DNA of 64,000 nucleotides from an uncultured Sphaerobacteraceae bacterium (lineage in GTDB: Bacteria > Chloroflexota > Chloroflexia > Thermomicrobiales > UBA6265), in assembly GCA_964461025.1 (NCBI GenBank), contig CAYWSE010000003.1, forward strand, positions 14,247-78,246. Direction: 5' to 3'. The notes under the pieces are model-generated. The model had not been told where the DNA came from. It searched no databases and saw only the letters and a program-made list of their open reading frames with translations. Positions 53,112 through 61,495 of this stretch are shown here, one piece after another (within the stretch, counting starts at the first letter, position 1; each line of letters begins with the position of its first letter). A program made the position numbers and the translations under genes.

Positions 53112-54944
53112 ATGAGAGCACTGGCGGACAGGGAGATTCCAGAACCGGATCGCGACGAAGCGGCACGGTTGCGCCGCTTGTCCTCCGACTTCGAAGCAAT
53201 CGCCGGCAAACGCGAGGTCGATCTCTACGTACGCACCTACACGACGCTTTTGCAGAGTTCCGGCGCCATTGGCGTTTCCTCGCTCGAACCCGCCCATCTC
53301 ACCGCTGCACCGTCTTTGCATGCCGGCGCGGCGGAACGCCAGCCCGATATGAACGCGATGATCTACTCGATCCAGCGATTGCCGGACTGCATTTTCGAAA
53401 CCCGGCACATCGTGCTCGGACAGACGCTCGATGCCTTCACCCACGAAGGTTTTCAGGATGTCTCCGCCTGGACGATCCAGAGTGCGCCGGGCCGCCGCCG
53501 CAAGTGGTATTGGGACGGCGCCGAAACGCTCGCCGCGCTCATCGCCTCCGCTTCCGATCTCGATGACCTGATTCCATCGATCGTCGCGTTGCAGATCGAG
53601 CTGACCAAGTTGCATCGGTTGCTTCGGTCAGACACCGAACTCATCGCGCTCGTCGAGACGGCCGACGCGTCCTGTCAGCGTGGCGAAGAACCCGATCCGG
53701 TCGTCGCGGCGGAGATCGGCAAACGGTTGCTGGTCGGCCGTGACGACTGGCACCGGCTCCGATCGGTCTGGGGTGACCGACTCTGGCCCCGGTTGCTGGT
53801 CCTTGTGCCGGAACGCAAACGGTTCACGCTGCAGATGCTGGGCGGCACCTACGTCGGGTACACGCGTTCGACGCGCCACTGGTGGCGTCCCGTGCAGGAC
53901 TTCCTTCAGTCCCACGGTCTCGAAGAACGCCCGGTCTACTTCGTTTCGTCGAACACCCACAGCCTGGTCAACACGCTGGCGGGAACCGCGCAACGGCGCA
54001 AGGATGATCTGGCGGGGTACATCCGGCGGGCGAGTCATCCCGAGCTCCTGCCGGAGCTGACAGCGCTTGAAGCGGGCGAAAGCCGCTCGTCATGGGAAAA
54101 CCTTCTCTACTTCGCGGCACGCACCTATTTCGCCGAACCCGGCAACGAGAAAGAGCGAGACCGGAGGAACGCCGAGGAGCTCGAACGCGGCATCATGCAC
54201 ATCAGCTCACGCGGTGCGATGGATGTTGGAATTCAGGTGATCGATCTGGCCCGTCTCGACAGGGAGAGTCTCGATCCAAGATTGCTGCAACCAGGCGAGA
54301 CATTCGAGCCCGCGAACACCGACGCGATCATCATTAACATCAACTACCCGCTCGGCCTGGCCGCCTACCACATCATGAACCAGGCGGCGATGTCGACCGA
54401 CCTGCTGCGCGGCATCTATGTGCTCGGCAAAGCGGCGACGCTGAACGGCCGGATCGGCGATGTGATGATCGCCAACGTGGTCTACGATGAGCACTCAGGC
54501 AACACCTACTGGCTCGACAACTGCTTCTCATATGGTGACCTGGCGCCTCATTTGGTGTACGGGGCGGCGCTCGACAACCAGAAGGCGGTCACCGTGAAGG
54601 GCACCTATTTGCAGAATCAGGGCTATCTCGATTTCTACTACAGAGAGAATTACACCGTCGTGGAGATGGAGGCCGGACCCTATTTGAATGCAATCTATGA
54701 GGATCTCTTTCTCAGCCGCTATCCGAATGACGAAGCGATCAATCTGGCCCAGCACCGGACGAATCGGCTCGATCTCGGCATCATCCATTACGCATCGGAC
54801 ACCCCGTATACCCGCTCTCATACGCTCGGGGCGCGCGGCATGTCGTACTACGGCATGGACTCCACCTATGCCTCGACGCTGGCGATTTTGCGTAGAATCT
54901 TTCAACGTAGCGGCGTGCTGACCTCACCCGGCGACAGCGCCTGA
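53112..54944 (+). CDS. uncharacterised ~420-aa N-terminal region fused to a PNP_UDP_1 (nucleoside phosphorylase/nucleosidase)-like C-terminal domain
   Basis: The C-terminal ~180 aa read IININYPLGLAAY...YVLGKAATLNGRIGDVMIANVV...YTVVEMEAGPYLNAI, which matches the P-loop-like, GD and (V)EME(A) strings of the phosphorylase superfamily. I do not recognise the N-terminal part. Confidence 0.7.
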   Translation: MRALADREIPEPDRDEAARLRRLSSDFEAIAGKREVDLYVRTYTTLLQSSGAIGVSSLEPAHLTAAPSLHAGAAERQPDMNAMIYSIQRLPDCIFETRHIVLGQTLDAFTHEGFQDVSAWTIQSAPGRRRKWYWDGAETLAALIASASDLDDLIPSIVALQIELTKLHRLLRSDTELIALVETADASCQRGEEPDPVVAAEIGKRLLVGRDDWHRLRSVWGDRLWPRLLVLVPERKRFTLQMLGGTYVGYTRSTRHWWRPVQDFLQSHGLEERPVYFVSSNTHSLVNTLAGTAQRRKDDLAGYIRRASHPELLPELTALEAGESRSSWENLLYFAARTYFAEPGNEKERDRRNAEELERGIMHISSRGAMDVGIQVIDLARLDRESLDPRLLQPGETFEPANTDAIIININYPLGLAAYHIMNQAAMSTDLLRGIYVLGKAATLNGRIGDVMIANVVYDEHSGNTYWLDNCFSYGDLAPHLVYGAALDNQKAVTVKGTYLQNQGYLDFYYRENYTVVEMEAGPYLNAIYEDLFLSRYPNDEAINLAQHRTNRLDLGIIHYASDTPYTRSHTLGARGMSYYGMDSTYASTLAILRRIFQRSGVLTSPGDSA

Positions 54945-54974
54945 TTCCTTGCTCGCAATCCATCGACGGCGCGT

Positions 54975-55889
54975 ATGATGCGGGGCATGGGCTCGAGACG
55001 ACCTCATTTCAGCGACCGCATCCAACTGGCGCTCATGCTGGCGCCGTGGCTGATCGGTCTTTCAGTGATTGTGATCGGTCCGGCGATTGCCGGGTTTGCC
55101 CTGGCATTCACGCATTACAACGCGATCAATCCGCCTCGCTTTGCTGGGATGGCCAATTTTCGGGAAATGCTCGGCGACGATCTCTTCCGGATTTCGCTGC
55201 GCAACTCGCTGACCTACATCCTGATGGCGGTGCCGATCCGACTCGCCGGCGCGCTGCTTGCGGCGTTGCTCTTAATGCGTCCGCGACCAGGCACGACGCT
55301 CTTCCGGGCGATGGTCTATCTGCCGACGGTGATACCCGACATGGCGTGGGCACTGATCTGGTTGTGGGTGCTCAACCCAATTTACGGCCCACTCAATCAG
55401 GCGCTGGCCGCCATTGGCATCGATGGCCCGTCCTGGATGGTCGACACCACCTGGGCGCCGATCGGCATCGTGCTGATGATGTCGTGGCAGATCGGCGAGG
55501 GATTTGTGATTTGCCTGGCCAGTTTGCAGAACGTCAATCGCGATTTGCTCGACCAGTCCGCCGTCGATGGAGGCTCGTCAATTCGCACCGTCTGGAGCAT
55601 TACGATCCCATTGATCGCGCCGGCGATGCTCCTGATACTCTGCCGGGACACCGTATTCAGTTTTCAGGCGAATTTCGTGCCGGCCCTGATCGTTGGCCGG
55701 GGTGGCGCGCCGGACAACGCGACGCTCTATCTGCCGATGTACATCTACACAACGGCGTTCAGTTATCTGCGCTTCGGCTATGCGGCGGCGCTGACGACAT
55801 CGATGTACGTCATCACCGCGCTCGTAATCCTCATCCAGTTCCGGATCGCTGCAGGGTGGAATGTGGGGTTCCGCAATGTCGAGCCGTGA
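54975..55889 (+). CDS. carbohydrate-type (CUT1) ABC permease, MalF-like
   Basis: 304 aa, EAA loop DQSAVDGGSSIRTVWSITIPLIAP. Confidence 0.9.
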   Translation: MMRGMGSRRPHFSDRIQLALMLAPWLIGLSVIVIGPAIAGFALAFTHYNAINPPRFAGMANFREMLGDDLFRISLRNSLTYILMAVPIRLAGALLAALLLMRPRPGTTLFRAMVYLPTVIPDMAWALIWLWVLNPIYGPLNQALAAIGIDGPSWMVDTTWAPIGIVLMMSWQIGEGFVICLASLQNVNRDLLDQSAVDGGSSIRTVWSITIPLIAPAMLLILCRDTVFSFQANFVPALIVGRGGAPDNATLYLPMYIYTTAFSYLRFGYAAALTTSMYVITALVILIQFRIAAGWNVGFRNVEP

Positions 55890-56727
55890 AGCGACTCTGC
55901 GGCGATCCGCGCGTGGATCGCTGATCTGGATAACCGGAGCGCTGATGGCGCTCGCATTCACTGTGCCGGTGCTCTGGGCGCTTTCGGCGTCGCTACGGCA
56001 AACGGGAGAAACGTGGAGCCGGGAACCGGACTGGATTCCATCTCCGCTCGCCTGGGAGAACTTCGGTAAGGTCTTCGATCTGATACCCGCCGCCCGATTC
56101 GCCCTGAACTCGCTGATCGTAGTCGTCGTGGCGGCGCCGGCGACGGTTCTCTTCGCGTCGATGGCGGGATTCGCCGTCGCTCAGATGAGCCGGGCGTGGC
56201 GAATGCGGATGATCGGTCTGGCCATGATGTGCCTGATGGTCCCGATCACGGCGATCTGGATTCCGCGCTTCATCCTGTACAAGGAAGCCGGTCTCATCGA
56301 CAGGCGGGTCGTCCTGATGGTTCCCGCGCTCATGGGAACGTCGCCACTCTATGTGATGCTCTTCGTCTGGGCATTCACGCGCATTCCACGCGATCAGTTC
56401 GACGCCGCCCGGCTCGATGGCGCCGGTGCGTTTCGGCTTTGGAAGGAAATCGGCATGCCGCTGGCTCGGCCGACGGTTGTCGCCGTCGGCGTCCTCGCTT
56501 CGGTCCACTTCTGGAACGCCTTCATCGAGCCGCTGCTCTACATCCGCACGATGGATAAGCACGTGGCGTCGCAGGGACTGCGTATGCTCTATCAGCTCGA
56601 CACGACGAACTGGTCGCTGATCATGGCCGGTGCGCTCTTGATGATCGCGCCGGTTTTCCTGCTCTTTGTGCTGGCCCAGCGCGCCTTCATGCAGGACGCG
56701 CGGGGCCAGAGCGTGCTGGGACGCTAG
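55876..56727 (+). CDS. carbohydrate-type (CUT1) ABC permease, MalG-like
   Basis: EAA loop DAARLDGAGAFRLWKEIGMPLARP. Start is ATG 55876 (or 55861), overlapping the previous gene. Confidence 0.9.
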   Translation: MSSREATLRRSARGSLIWITGALMALAFTVPVLWALSASLRQTGETWSREPDWIPSPLAWENFGKVFDLIPAARFALNSLIVVVVAAPATVLFASMAGFAVAQMSRAWRMRMIGLAMMCLMVPITAIWIPRFILYKEAGLIDRRVVLMVPALMGTSPLYVMLFVWAFTRIPRDQFDAARLDGAGAFRLWKEIGMPLARPTVVAVGVLASVHFWNAFIEPLLYIRTMDKHVASQGLRMLYQLDTTNWSLIMAGALLMIAPVFLLFVLAQRAFMQDARGQSVLGR

Positions 56728-58118
56728 GAGGCGTCCTCTTCAGCTGAACGGTCGAGCGCGGGTTGCGCATTGGCGATCGCCGCGGCGACAGCAGCATCGA
56801 TATCGACCGGTTCGTAGAATGCGCGGTCGAATTCGGCATTGAACGCGTCTTCGACCTCTCCCCACGTCGAAACCGAGGGCAATCGATGCAGCAACGGGAT
56901 GTTGTCCAGGTAGACCTGACTGCTGGCCGGCGGCAGACCACCAGCGACCGGAACAGGCGACGCGGCGGCGGGCGAAGCAGCGGCGGCCGCGTCACCGGGC
57001 ATTATGCCGAGGAGGAATGCGTCCGACTGGGCTACCGAGATCATCGAGGGCACCGTCCGCCCCGTTGCCGCCAGAATCGTCTGACCTTCCGCGCTGACCG
57101 CGAATTCAACAAACGTCCAGGCCTCGTCCGGTGTGTCGGTGCCGGCGGCGATGCAGAATGCATCGCTGTGCAGCACCGTCGCGGCCTCGTTGATCACCGG
57201 CAATGGCGCCACGTCCCAGGTGAATCCTTCGATCTCACGCAGCGACGGCACAGGACGGCGACTCTGCAGGAACATTCCGGCGCCACCGCGCATGAAGCGA
57301 TCCTGATCCCCTTCCGCCGTGACCTCTTCCTCGCCAGGCACGACGTTGGAACCCATGACGCCGAGGCTCAGGAAGGCCTCGATCCCGGCCTTCGCTTCCG
57401 GAGTGTCGAGCGTCAGGACGGTCGGGTTGTCGTAGTCATCGACAAGCTCGCCGCCGGCGCTCCAGATGAAGGACGACATCCGATAAAAGCTCGGCTCGAC
57501 GACGACGCCAAACTGATCGATCGTGCCGTCGCCATCGGTGTCCTGCGTCAGCGCTTCCGCGGCGGCAATGAATTCATCCCACGTCCATCCGGAGGTCGGA
57601 AGGGGAATGCCGTTGGCTTCGAACAAGTCGACGTTGTAATAGACAACCAGGCTGGAGATGTTCTGCGGCATGCAGGTGACCGGGCCACCGCGATACCGAA
57701 ACGCATCCATCGGCTCCTGATAGAAGTCTTCAGGCGAAAATGCCGAGGAGTTGTTGAGGTAATCCTCGATCGGCAGCAGTCCTCCCGGCGCCGCGTACTG
57801 ACCGAAGTTTCGATAGTTGATCAGGAAAATGTCGGGCGCGTCGTTCGCTGCAAAATCGGTCGAGATCTTCCGGTAGTAATCTGACTGACCAGGCGTGTAG
57901 TCCGCTTCGACATTGATCTCCGGATGCACCAGCTCGAAGCTGTCGATGACCGCCTGATAGGCGGCCTGCTCCGCCGGATCGCCCCAGAACGCGAACCGTA
58001 GCGTCGTTGAGTCCTGCGCGCCAGCCGAGTGTGAGAGGATTCCCCCTGACACCATTACGAGCAGTGCAAGATAGGTGACCAATCGAACCCACGTGGAGCC
58101 TGATCGGGAATTCGCCAT
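56724..58118 (-). CDS. ABC substrate-binding protein, family 1 (sugar type), Sec signal
   Basis: Signal WVRLVTYLALLVMVSGGILSHSAGAQD. SBP_bac_1 body (LRFAFWGDPAEQAAYQAVIDSFE..). Its stop codon shares CTAG with the convergent permease stop. Confidence 0.88.
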   Translation of the reverse strand: MANSRSGSTWVRLVTYLALLVMVSGGILSHSAGAQDSTTLRFAFWGDPAEQAAYQAVIDSFELVHPEINVEADYTPGQSDYYRKISTDFAANDAPDIFLINYRNFGQYAAPGGLLPIEDYLNNSSAFSPEDFYQEPMDAFRYRGGPVTCMPQNISSLVVYYNVDLFEANGIPLPTSGWTWDEFIAAAEALTQDTDGDGTIDQFGVVVEPSFYRMSSFIWSAGGELVDDYDNPTVLTLDTPEAKAGIEAFLSLGVMGSNVVPGEEEVTAEGDQDRFMRGGAGMFLQSRRPVPSLREIEGFTWDVAPLPVINEAATVLHSDAFCIAAGTDTPDEAWTFVEFAVSAEGQTILAATGRTVPSMISVAQSDAFLLGIMPGDAAAAASPAAASPVPVAGGLPPASSQVYLDNIPLLHRLPSVSTWGEVEDAFNAEFDRAFYEPVDIDAAVAAAIANAQPALDRSAEEDAS

Positions 58119-58298
58119 AGAAGCACCTCTTTCGTGAGACCGAGTACCGCAACTGAATCACCGGTTCTCCATGATAGCGGAGTCCTGACAAAAATAGTCG
58201 GAATTAATGCGAGAGTCTCTGTGACTCCCGCCCGTTCCTCCAGGTAAGTACACTTGTCCCATTCCGACCGTCGACAGGGATGAACGCAGGAGCCATTC

Positions 58299-59723
58299 AT
58301 GACGCCAGACAACAACGTACGACTTCCCAGACGGACGCTGATCGCGGGCATTCCGGCCGTGGGAGCAGCGGCGGTTCTCGGGCGGGCCTCGGCGGCCAAT
58401 CCGGTCGAGGTCAAGTTCGGTTTCTTTGCCGACAGTTCCGAGTTGGCGATCTACGAACGGCTGATCGCCGTTTTCGAAGAGGCGAATCCAGGTATCCGCA
58501 TTGTGCGGGCGCCGATCGAGTCGTCCAATGTGTCGCCGAACGGCAAGAACATCCCGGCCAGCGCCTATCCGGAATGGCTCTACAGCTCGTTCACGACGCC
58601 CAATCCACCAGACGTCTTTTTCGTCAATTACCGCGAGATCGATATCTACGCCGAGCGCGGCACGCTGGAACCGCTCGATGACTATCTGGCGTCCAGCACG
58701 GAACTCTTCGAGGAAGATTTCTACAGCCAGGCGCTCGAACCATTCCGCAGCGATCTCTTCCCGAGTCGATCACTGGGCGCGCTCCCGCAGAATGTTTCCA
58801 GTCTCGCCGTCTACTTCAACACCGAGCTGTTCGACGCGGCAGGAATCGAGCACCCAGTCGACGGCTGGACCTGGGAAGAATTCTCCAGCGCTGCCGAACG
58901 CCTCACCACCCAACGTGGCAAATACGACCGGGTGGAGGTCTTTGGCGTGGCGCTCGACCCGTCCATCCACCGCTTTGCCGCCGCGATCTGGGGCGGCGGG
59001 GGCGAGATCTTCGACGATCCCAAGTACCCCACCCAGGTGCTGATCGACGCGCCGGAAGCGCTGGCCGGACTCGAATGGATGACCTCGCTTGGCCCGCAGG
59101 GCATCGGCGCCGTTCCTCCCCGCTGGGAACGACTGGCGCTCGACGATACGCACCGCTTCGCCAAAGGCGGCGCGGCGATGCTCATCCAGAGCCGCCGGGT
59201 CACCGCCTTCCTGCGCGACAAGGCAACGATGCCCTGGGATGTCGCGCCGTTGCCGGTCGGCACTGTGGAGGCGAATGTTCTCCACAGCGACGGCATCGGC
59301 ATGTGGAGCGCGTCGCCAAACAAGGAAGCGGCCTGGACATTCATCGAGTTCATTATCGGACCAAAGGGTCAGCAAATCCTTGCCGAATCGGGCCGCACCG
59401 TGCCTTCGCTGCGCACGCTCGCAGAATCCGATTCCTTCAGAAAGGGCTCGACGCTGGCATCGACGCTCGGCTACTCACGTCCGCCGGCCCATGCTGACGT
59501 CTTTTTGCGCAATATCGGATTCGTTCGGCCGCTTCCAGCGTCGAATGTCTGGACTTCCGCTGTCTGGCTCTTCGAATCGGCATTCAAACGCGCGTTTTAT
59601 GACGACGGCGACATTGATTCCGCTGTCTCGCTCGTGCTGGAAGGATCGTCCGTATCGCTGCGCGACCCGGATGGCCTGATTCGCCATGTCCGCCCGTCGC
59701 GAGCGCTTCCCACGGAAGACTGA
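58299..59723 (+). CDS. ABC substrate-binding protein, family 1 (sugar type), Tat signal
   Basis: LPRRTLIAGIPAVGAAAVLGRASA signal. KFGFFADSSELAIYERLIAVFEEANPGI SBP_bac_1 body. AGGAG precedes the ATG. Confidence 0.88.
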   Translation: MTPDNNVRLPRRTLIAGIPAVGAAAVLGRASAANPVEVKFGFFADSSELAIYERLIAVFEEANPGIRIVRAPIESSNVSPNGKNIPASAYPEWLYSSFTTPNPPDVFFVNYREIDIYAERGTLEPLDDYLASSTELFEEDFYSQALEPFRSDLFPSRSLGALPQNVSSLAVYFNTELFDAAGIEHPVDGWTWEEFSSAAERLTTQRGKYDRVEVFGVALDPSIHRFAAAIWGGGGEIFDDPKYPTQVLIDAPEALAGLEWMTSLGPQGIGAVPPRWERLALDDTHRFAKGGAAMLIQSRRVTAFLRDKATMPWDVAPLPVGTVEANVLHSDGIGMWSASPNKEAAWTFIEFIIGPKGQQILAESGRTVPSLRTLAESDSFRKGSTLASTLGYSRPPAHADVFLRNIGFVRPLPASNVWTSAVWLFESAFKRAFYDDGDIDSAVSLVLEGSSVSLRDPDGLIRHVRPSRALPTED

Positions 59724-59738
59724 TGGCCGGAACACAGG

Positions 59739-59771
59739 CGAAATGGTCCGGGAGTTTCCCGGACCATTTCG
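59739..59771. terminator. candidate bidirectional terminator between convergent genes
   Basis: cgAAATGGTCCGGGA-gtt-TCCCGGACCATTTcg is a perfect 15-bp stem with a 3-nt loop and a GC-rich core flanked by AAA/TTT. 16 nt after the + gene stop and 38 nt after the - gene stop. Confidence 0.5.
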
Positions 59772-59808
59772 TGCGCGCTGACTCACTGCGACCTGGATCG
59801 CGGCAACG

Positions 59809-60810
59809 TCACGCGACGGAGAATGACGCGATCATGCCCATGGCGGAATGCGGCACGCCTTCCGCATTCGGATCCGGGATGAAACAAAAGATGCCGTAGT
59901 GGCCCGGTTGCAGATCGAGCGCAGCCCACATCGTCTGACCTCGCGACTGCGTTGCTGTTCCAGCGTGCTCGACGACCTCTTCTAGCGACGGCAGACCTGA
60001 ATCAGGCTCAGGAGTCGCTCCCTCTTCTATGCTCAAGACAGCCAGCCACTGCTCGTCATCGAGTGGCACCGGCGATGTCACGAAATACAGGAAGTGCGGC
60101 TGGTCGGAGTCGTTGGTCACCTTGACCCATTGCGCACCAGCCACAGGCGTGCCTTCGATCTCAAAATCAAAGTGGTCGTCCATGTTGACGCCGGTCACGC
60201 TAAAGGTCGATTCCGGATCGGGTCCTGCGTCCGGAGTCTCCCCTGTCACCAGGAGCGTGGATGTCGGGTATTCGAACTCGTCGAACCAGATGACGTACTC
60301 GCCAGGCGGCATATCGATGATCGCCTGACCGACTCCGGCCTCTCCAACGGCGACGGGTCCACCGAGAATCGTTGCCTCATAGAGGAACAGGCTCGGATCG
60401 TCGCCGGCCGGTGGAGTGCCGGCTTCGATTGCCGCGAAGTACGCGTTGACCTCGGCGAACCTGGCCTGGACATCTTCTGCCGACAGCACGTCCGTCACAG
60501 CGATGAAACCTGCGGAGGAGAATGGTTGTGACATCGCATTCTCGACCGTCACGAGATAGCGGCCGGCCGCAATTTCGGCCGGCGCCTCATACCCTTCGTC
60601 TGTCTGACGAATCACCAGTTCAGGAAGCCCCAACTCCTCGGCTGAAAAGAGCCTTGTCGCTCCAGGGGTTGCATCCTGAGCGCCGAGCATACCCGGCGAG
60701 AGCACGGTGAGTGCAACTCCAGTCAGACCCGCTCCTCCCAGTTTGAGTGCGCTTCTCCGGTCAAGCGTGGTGCCAATCAGGGTCTCGTAAGCATTTCGTT
60801 CGTTGAACAT
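59809..60810 (-). CDS. Tat-exported two-domain cupredoxin-like protein
   Basis: LDRRSALKLGGAGLTGVAL signal. Two beta-rich units with PG(E/H)Y strings. The second has VKVTNDSDQPHF...PGHYGIFCFIPDPNAEGVPHSAMGM, a possible H/C/H/M type-1 copper set with a long Cys-His loop. Confidence 0.6.
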   Translation of the reverse strand: MFNERNAYETLIGTTLDRRSALKLGGAGLTGVALTVLSPGMLGAQDATPGATRLFSAEELGLPELVIRQTDEGYEAPAEIAAGRYLVTVENAMSQPFSSAGFIAVTDVLSAEDVQARFAEVNAYFAAIEAGTPPAGDDPSLFLYEATILGGPVAVGEAGVGQAIIDMPPGEYVIWFDEFEYPTSTLLVTGETPDAGPDPESTFSVTGVNMDDHFDFEIEGTPVAGAQWVKVTNDSDQPHFLYFVTSPVPLDDEQWLAVLSIEEGATPEPDSGLPSLEEVVEHAGTATQSRGQTMWAALDLQPGHYGIFCFIPDPNAEGVPHSAMGMIASFSVA

Positions 60811-60874
60811 TGTCTTCTTCTCTCACTGGTAGCTCTCGAACGTCGGACGCGAACACGTAAGGAATCGGGCATGA

Positions 60875-61324
60875 TCAGCACGTCACATCGCTCATCCTCC
60901 TCGCAACTGCCGGACGCGCTCGTCCGGCAGTTGCGAGGAGGATGAGCGCGTCCAGATTCCAGTAGGCGCGAATGGCGCTGATCGTTCCGTCGTCGATGTC
61001 GTAAGCAAGTGCGCAGTTCGACTGAACCTGCTTCCCGCTGGGATGCAATCCTGCGAACTCCTGGATGTGATGACCCGAGAAGTGCGCCTCCAGCACCACG
61101 GTGCAGGCAGCAGTCGGAGTTGCGCGGACATGGGTCGAAGCGGCGAAGAGTCGGTTGTGCAGGTTGCGGAAGAGCTCCTCGATTTCCTCCGGCCCCTCGA
61201 AGCACTCCCCCGAATCCATGAAGGTAAGCGTCACAGCTGGGCTGAGGAATTCGGAGCATCGTGCTGCCCGGCCCAGTGATTCGATGCGCGACATCGCGAT
61301 TTTGATTGGATTGGCGTCGTCCAT
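60875..61324 (-). CDS. SnoaL/NTF2-like protein (cytoplasmic paralogue of 9913..10440)
   Basis: 149 aa. FMDSGECFEGPEEIEELFRNLHN...IQEFAGL...ISAIRAYWN aligns with MMDTGQEVRGREEAADVINYLHN...IEEFEGI...IISLRLYQ of the other copy. The last ~20 codons are encoded by a 28-bp perfect inverted repeat, so the C-terminus is doubtful. Confidence 0.7.
   Translation of the reverse strand: MDDANPIKIAMSRIESLGRAARCSEFLSPAVTLTFMDSGECFEGPEEIEELFRNLHNRLFAASTHVRATPTAACTVVLEAHFSGHHIQEFAGLHPSGKQVQSNCALAYDIDDGTISAIRAYWNLDALILLATAGRARPAVARRMSDVTC
60888..60947. repeat. perfect 28-bp inverted repeat (stem 60888..60915 / 60920..60947, loop cgct)
   Basis: Checked base by base: cgctcatcctcctcgcaactgccggacg / cgtccggcagttgcgaggaggatgagcg. 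No flanking U/A tracts. Confidence 0.95.
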
Positions 61325-61422
61325 CTTCCTGGTCCACCGTGCGTCGAATTGACGTGTCGTTCACTGCAGACGAAGGTAGACGCCGGTCGAGCCGCCGCCA
61401 TCGCCACAAATACGGAATCACT

Positions 61423-61448
61423 AAAGGGAAAAGAACGGACCCTGTCCG
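61423..61448 (-). terminator. weak candidate terminator after the STAND-LuxR gene
   Basis: On the minus strand: cggac-agg-gtccg (5 bp) followed by UUCUUUUCCCUUU. The stem is short. Confidence 0.3.
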
Positions 61449-61495
61449 GAATCGATCCGCCTGGGCGGCTGAACGGGGGCGAGCGCCCCTTGCGT

